From: the human T2T-CHM13v2.0 reference genome, Homo sapiens
DNA length: 64,000 nt
NCBI RefSeq assembly: GCF_009914755.1
Contig: NC_060947.1
Strand: one strand, 5' to 3'
The notes below the pieces were generated by a model that saw only the letters and a list, made by a program, of their open reading frames with translations, was not told the origin of the DNA and ran no database searches. Positions 60,389 through 64,000 of the stretch are shown here, piece by piece. A program made the position numbers and the translations under genes. Positions within the stretch are counted from its first letter, which is position 1; each line of letters opens with the position of its first letter.

Positions 60389-61405
60389 TTACATTTTGGC
60401 ATGATTTTGCAGCGGCTGGTACCGGTTGTTCCTTTCCATGTTTAGCGCTTCCTTCAGGAGCTCTTTTAGGGCAGGCCTGGTGGTGACAAAATCTCTCAGC
60501 ATTTGCTTGTCTATAAAGTATTTTATTTCTCCTTCACTTATGAAGCTTAGTTTGGCTGGATATGAAATTCTGGGTTGAAAATTCTTTTCTTTAAGAATGT
60601 TGAATATTGGCCCCCACTCTCTTCTGGCTTGTAGGGTTTCTGCCGACAGATCCGCTGTTAGTCTGATGGGCTTTCCTTTGAGGGTAACCCGACCTTTCTC
60701 TCTGGCTGCCCTTAACATTTTTTCCTTCATTTCAACTTTGGTGAATCTGACAATTATGTGTCTTGGAGTTGCTCTTCTCGAGGAGTATCTTTGTGGCGTT
60801 CTCTGTATTTCCTGAATCTGAACGTTGGCCTGCCTTGCTAGATTGGGGAAGTTCTCCTGGATAATATCCTGCAGAGTGTTTTCCAACTTGGTTCCATTCT
60901 CCACATCACTTTCAGGTACACCAATCAGACGTAGATTTGGTCTTTTCACATAGTCCCATATTTCTTGGAGGCTTTGCTCATTTCTTTTTATTCTTTTTTC
61001 TCTAAACTTCCCTTCTCGCTTCATTTCATTCATTTCATCTTCCATTGCTGATACCCTTTCTTCCAGTTGATCGCATCGGCTCCTGAGGCTTCTGCATTCT
61101 TCACGTAGTTCTCGAGCCTTGGTTTTCAGCTCCATCAGCTCCTTTAAGCACTTCTCTGTATTGGTTATTCTAGTTATACATTCTTCTAAATTTTTTTCAA
61201 AGTTTTCAACTTCTTTGCCTTTGGTTTGAATGTCCTCCCGTAGCTCAGAGTAATTTGATCGTCTGAAGCCTTCTTCTCTCAGCTCGTCAAAATCATTCTC
61301 CATCCAGCTTTGTTCTGTTGCTGGTGAGGAACTGCGTTCCTTTGGAGGAGGAGAGGCGCTCTGCGTTTTAGAGTTTCCAGTTTTTCTGTTCTGTTTTTTC
61401 CCCAT
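60389..61405 (-). CDS. LINE-1 ORF1p, 338 aa, intact
   Basis: MGKKQNRK start; coiled coil; REKG, ARR and YPAKLS motifs intact. Confidence 0.97.
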   Translation of the reverse strand: MGKKQNRKTGNSKTQSASPPPKERSSSPATEQSWMENDFDELREEGFRRSNYSELREDIQTKGKEVENFEKNLEECITRITNTEKCLKELMELKTKARELREECRSLRSRCDQLEERVSAMEDEMNEMKREGKFREKRIKRNEQSLQEIWDYVKRPNLRLIGVPESDVENGTKLENTLQDIIQENFPNLARQANVQIQEIQRTPQRYSSRRATPRHIIVRFTKVEMKEKMLRAAREKGRVTLKGKPIRLTADLSAETLQARREWGPIFNILKEKNFQPRISYPAKLSFISEGEIKYFIDKQMLRDFVTTRPALKELLKEALNMERNNRYQPLQNHAKM

Positions 61406-62312
61406 CTTTGTGGTTTTATCTACTTTTGGTCTTTGATGATGGTGATGTACAGATGGGTTTTCGGTGTAGATGTCCTTTCTGGTTGTTAGTTTTCCTTCTA
61501 ACAGACAGGACCCTCAGCTGCAGGTCTGTTGGAATACCCTGCCGTGTGAGGTGTCAGTGTGCCCCTGCTGGGGGGTGCCTCCCAGTTAGGCTGCTCGGGG
61601 GTCAGGGGTCAGGGACCTACTTGAGGAGGCAGTCTGCCCGTTCTCAGATCTCCAGCTGCGTGCTGGGAGAACCACTGCTCTCTTCAAAGCTGTCAGACAG
61701 GGACACTTAAGTCTGCAGAGGTTACTGCTGTCTTTTTGTTTGTCTGTGCCCTGCCCCCAGAGGTGGAGCCTACAGAGGCAGGCAGGCCTCCTTGAGCTGT
61801 GGTGGGCTCCACCCAGTTCGAGCTTCCCGGCTGCTTTGTTTACCTAAGCAAGCCTGGGCAATGGCGGGCGCCCCTCCCCCAGCCTGGTTGCCGCCTTGCA
61901 GTTTGATCTCAGACTGCTGTGCTAGCAATCAGCGAGATTCCGTGGGCGTAGGACCCTCTGAGCCAGGTGTGGGATATAGTCTCGTGGTGCGCCGTTTCTT
62001 AAGCCGGTCTGAAAAGCGCAATATTCGGGTGGGAGTGACCCGATTTTCCAGGTGCGTCCGTCACCCCTTTCTTTGACTCGGAAAGGGAACTCCCTGACCC
62101 CTTGCGCTTCCCAGGTGAGGCAATGCCTCGCCCTGCTTCGGCTCGCGCACGGTGCGCACACACACTGGCCTGCGCCCACTGTCTGGCACTCCCTAGTGAG
62201 ATGAACCCGGTACCTCAGATGGAAATGCAGAAATCACCCGTCTTCTGCGTCGCTCACGCTGGGAGCTGTACACCGGAGCTGTTCCTATTCGGCCATCTTG
62301 GCTCCTCCCCCC
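61406..62312 (-). promoter_or_regulatory. L1 5'UTR: CpG-rich internal sense promoter plus antisense promoter; YY1 site intact
   Basis: CAAGATGGCCG (62300-62290); dense CpGs across ~61860-62290. Confidence 0.88.
61861..62076 (+). CDS. LINE-1 ORF0 (antisense, 71 aa)
   Basis: ATG at 61861, MAGAPPPAWLPPCSLISDCCASNQRDSV...RCVRHPFL*; CAG|GT donors after 61966 and 62051. Confidence 0.85.
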   Translation: MAGAPPPAWLPPCSLISDCCASNQRDSVGVGPSEPGVGYSLVVRRFLSRSEKRNIRVGVTRFSRCVRHPFL

Positions 62313-62509
62313 AACAATTGTACTTTTCTTACAATTTAGCAAAAGCACCTTACATATTAAGGATATTTAGTCTTCGGCATACATTTTGCTAATATTTTGC
62401 CTGTTTTTAAATAAACCTTTCTATGGCATTTTTTTTCTATTGTAGAGAAATTAGTAGTCAATGTATGCATCATAAGCATGTTTTTTCCTCCAATGCTTTT
62501 TCTTTTAAC

Positions 62510-64000
62510 TTTTTTATTTGGAGATAATAGATTCACAGGATGTTGAAAAGAAATGTGTAGGAAAGTCCCATGAGCTCTTCCCCTTCCTTGATGTTAACTT
62601 GTTATATAACCACACTACAATACCCAAACCAAGAAAGTGGTATTGGTACAATCCATTGGGCTTATTCAGATTTAACCAGTTAAACATATATTCATTTGTG
62701 TGCATAGCTCTATGCAGTGTAATTACATGTGTAACTTTGTGTAACCACCACCAAAATCAAGATACTCAACCATATGACTCCTTCGTGTTACCCTTTTACA
62801 GCTACATCCGCCACCTCCTACCCCCGAATCCCTAACTCCTGGACACCAATAATCTGTTCTCTACCTCTATAATTATGTTATTTCATGACTGTTACAAACA
62901 TGAAATCATGCAGATTGGCTTTTTCACTTCAGCATAATGTAATTGAGGTTCTTCCAAGTTATGTATCGAACTAGTTCCAATAAAGTTGCTGAGTAGGATT
63001 TTATTGTATGGATGGTTTGTTTAACCATTAACCCATTGGGTAGTTTCCAATTCTTGGCTATTACAAATAAGGCTGATGTGAACATTAATGTACAGGGTTT
63101 TATGTGAACATAAGTTTTCATTTCTTCGGGATAAATGCCCAGAAGTGTGATTTCTGGGTTGCATGTTTAGTTTTTTTTTTTTAAGAAATTACCAAACTGT
63201 TTTCCAGAGTGTACCATTTTACATTCCCATAAGCAATGTATGAGTGATAGAATTTCTCTGCATCTTCTCTAGTATTTGGTGTAGTCACTGTTTTTTAATG
63301 TAGTCATTCTGATAGGTATGTAGTGCAATCTCATTGTGATACTAACTTTCATTTCTGTAACAGCTAATAATGTTGAACATCTTTTCATGTGTTTATTCGC
63401 CATCTGTATATCCTATTCAGGAAAATGTCTGAGCATATCTTTTATCCATTTTTAAATTGTATTGCTTGTTTTTCTGCTGAGTTTTAAGAGTTATTTAGTC
63501 CTAGCGCCAGTCAGGACCTTAAGATGTTCTCATATGTTCTTTTCTTGAAGTTTTATAGTTTTATGTTTTACGTTTAAGTCCACAATCTACTATGATTTTT
63601 TTTTTATATAAGGTGTGAGACTTGAGTTGAGGTTCTTTTATTTTTTCATTATGGATGTCCAATTGCTCTGGTACCAATTACTGAAAAGATTATCCTTCCT
63701 CTATTGAATGACTTTTGCACTTTTGCCAAAGATAAGTTGACTATATTTCTGTGGATCTATTTCTGGGTTCTCTATTCTATTCCATTGATCTATGTATCTG
63801 TCCCTCCACCAATACCACATTGTCTTGATTACTGCAGTCTGGAAGTGATTTCTTCCCACTTAATTCTTCATTTTCAAAATTGTTTTGGCTCTCCTAGGGC
63901 CTGTATATTTCCATTTAAATTTTAGAGCAAGCTTGTTTATAATTATAAAAAAAATCTTGCTTATATTTTGACAGGAATTGCATTAAAACTATAGATCAAT
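62510..64000 (-). mobile_element. Old L1M (L1MC/MD-like) 3' fragment
   Basis: Antisense old-L1 3'UTR and ORF2 end (ORF 62924..63121, MKTYVHIKPCTLMFTSALFVIAKNWK). Confidence 0.7.

Overview
Repeat-rich primate (human-type) genomic DNA. It holds the 3' half of TMLHE (trimethyllysine dioxygenase, first step of carnitine biosynthesis) on the minus strand. Coding exons 4-8 (280/120/237/139/132 nt) have canonical GT-AG boundaries and splice in frame, and there is an alternative terminal exon with its own AATAAA. TMLHE places the window at Xq28. From prior knowledge, not testable here, the left part is the distal int22h/inverted-repeat arm beginning in the H2A.B (H2AB) 5'UTR/promoter. The most notable element is a full-length L1HS-Ta (Ta-0 diagnostics) in TMLHE intron 3, with open ORF1, ORF2 and ORF0 and an 18-bp TSD. 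Also present: an older full-length degenerate L1PA, truncated L1PAs, Alus, MaLR/ERV solo LTRs, hAT fragments, a 3-kb palindromic AT-rich minisatellite and a short interstitial telomeric tract. I see no convincing new protein-coding system; most other track ORFs are repeat or low-complexity artefacts. The best leads are structural: a 107-bp templated duplication bracketing the last coding exon, inverted and direct L1 pairs around exons 4-6, CpG retention in the int22h segment, and an endless MST patch that may mark a duplication junction.
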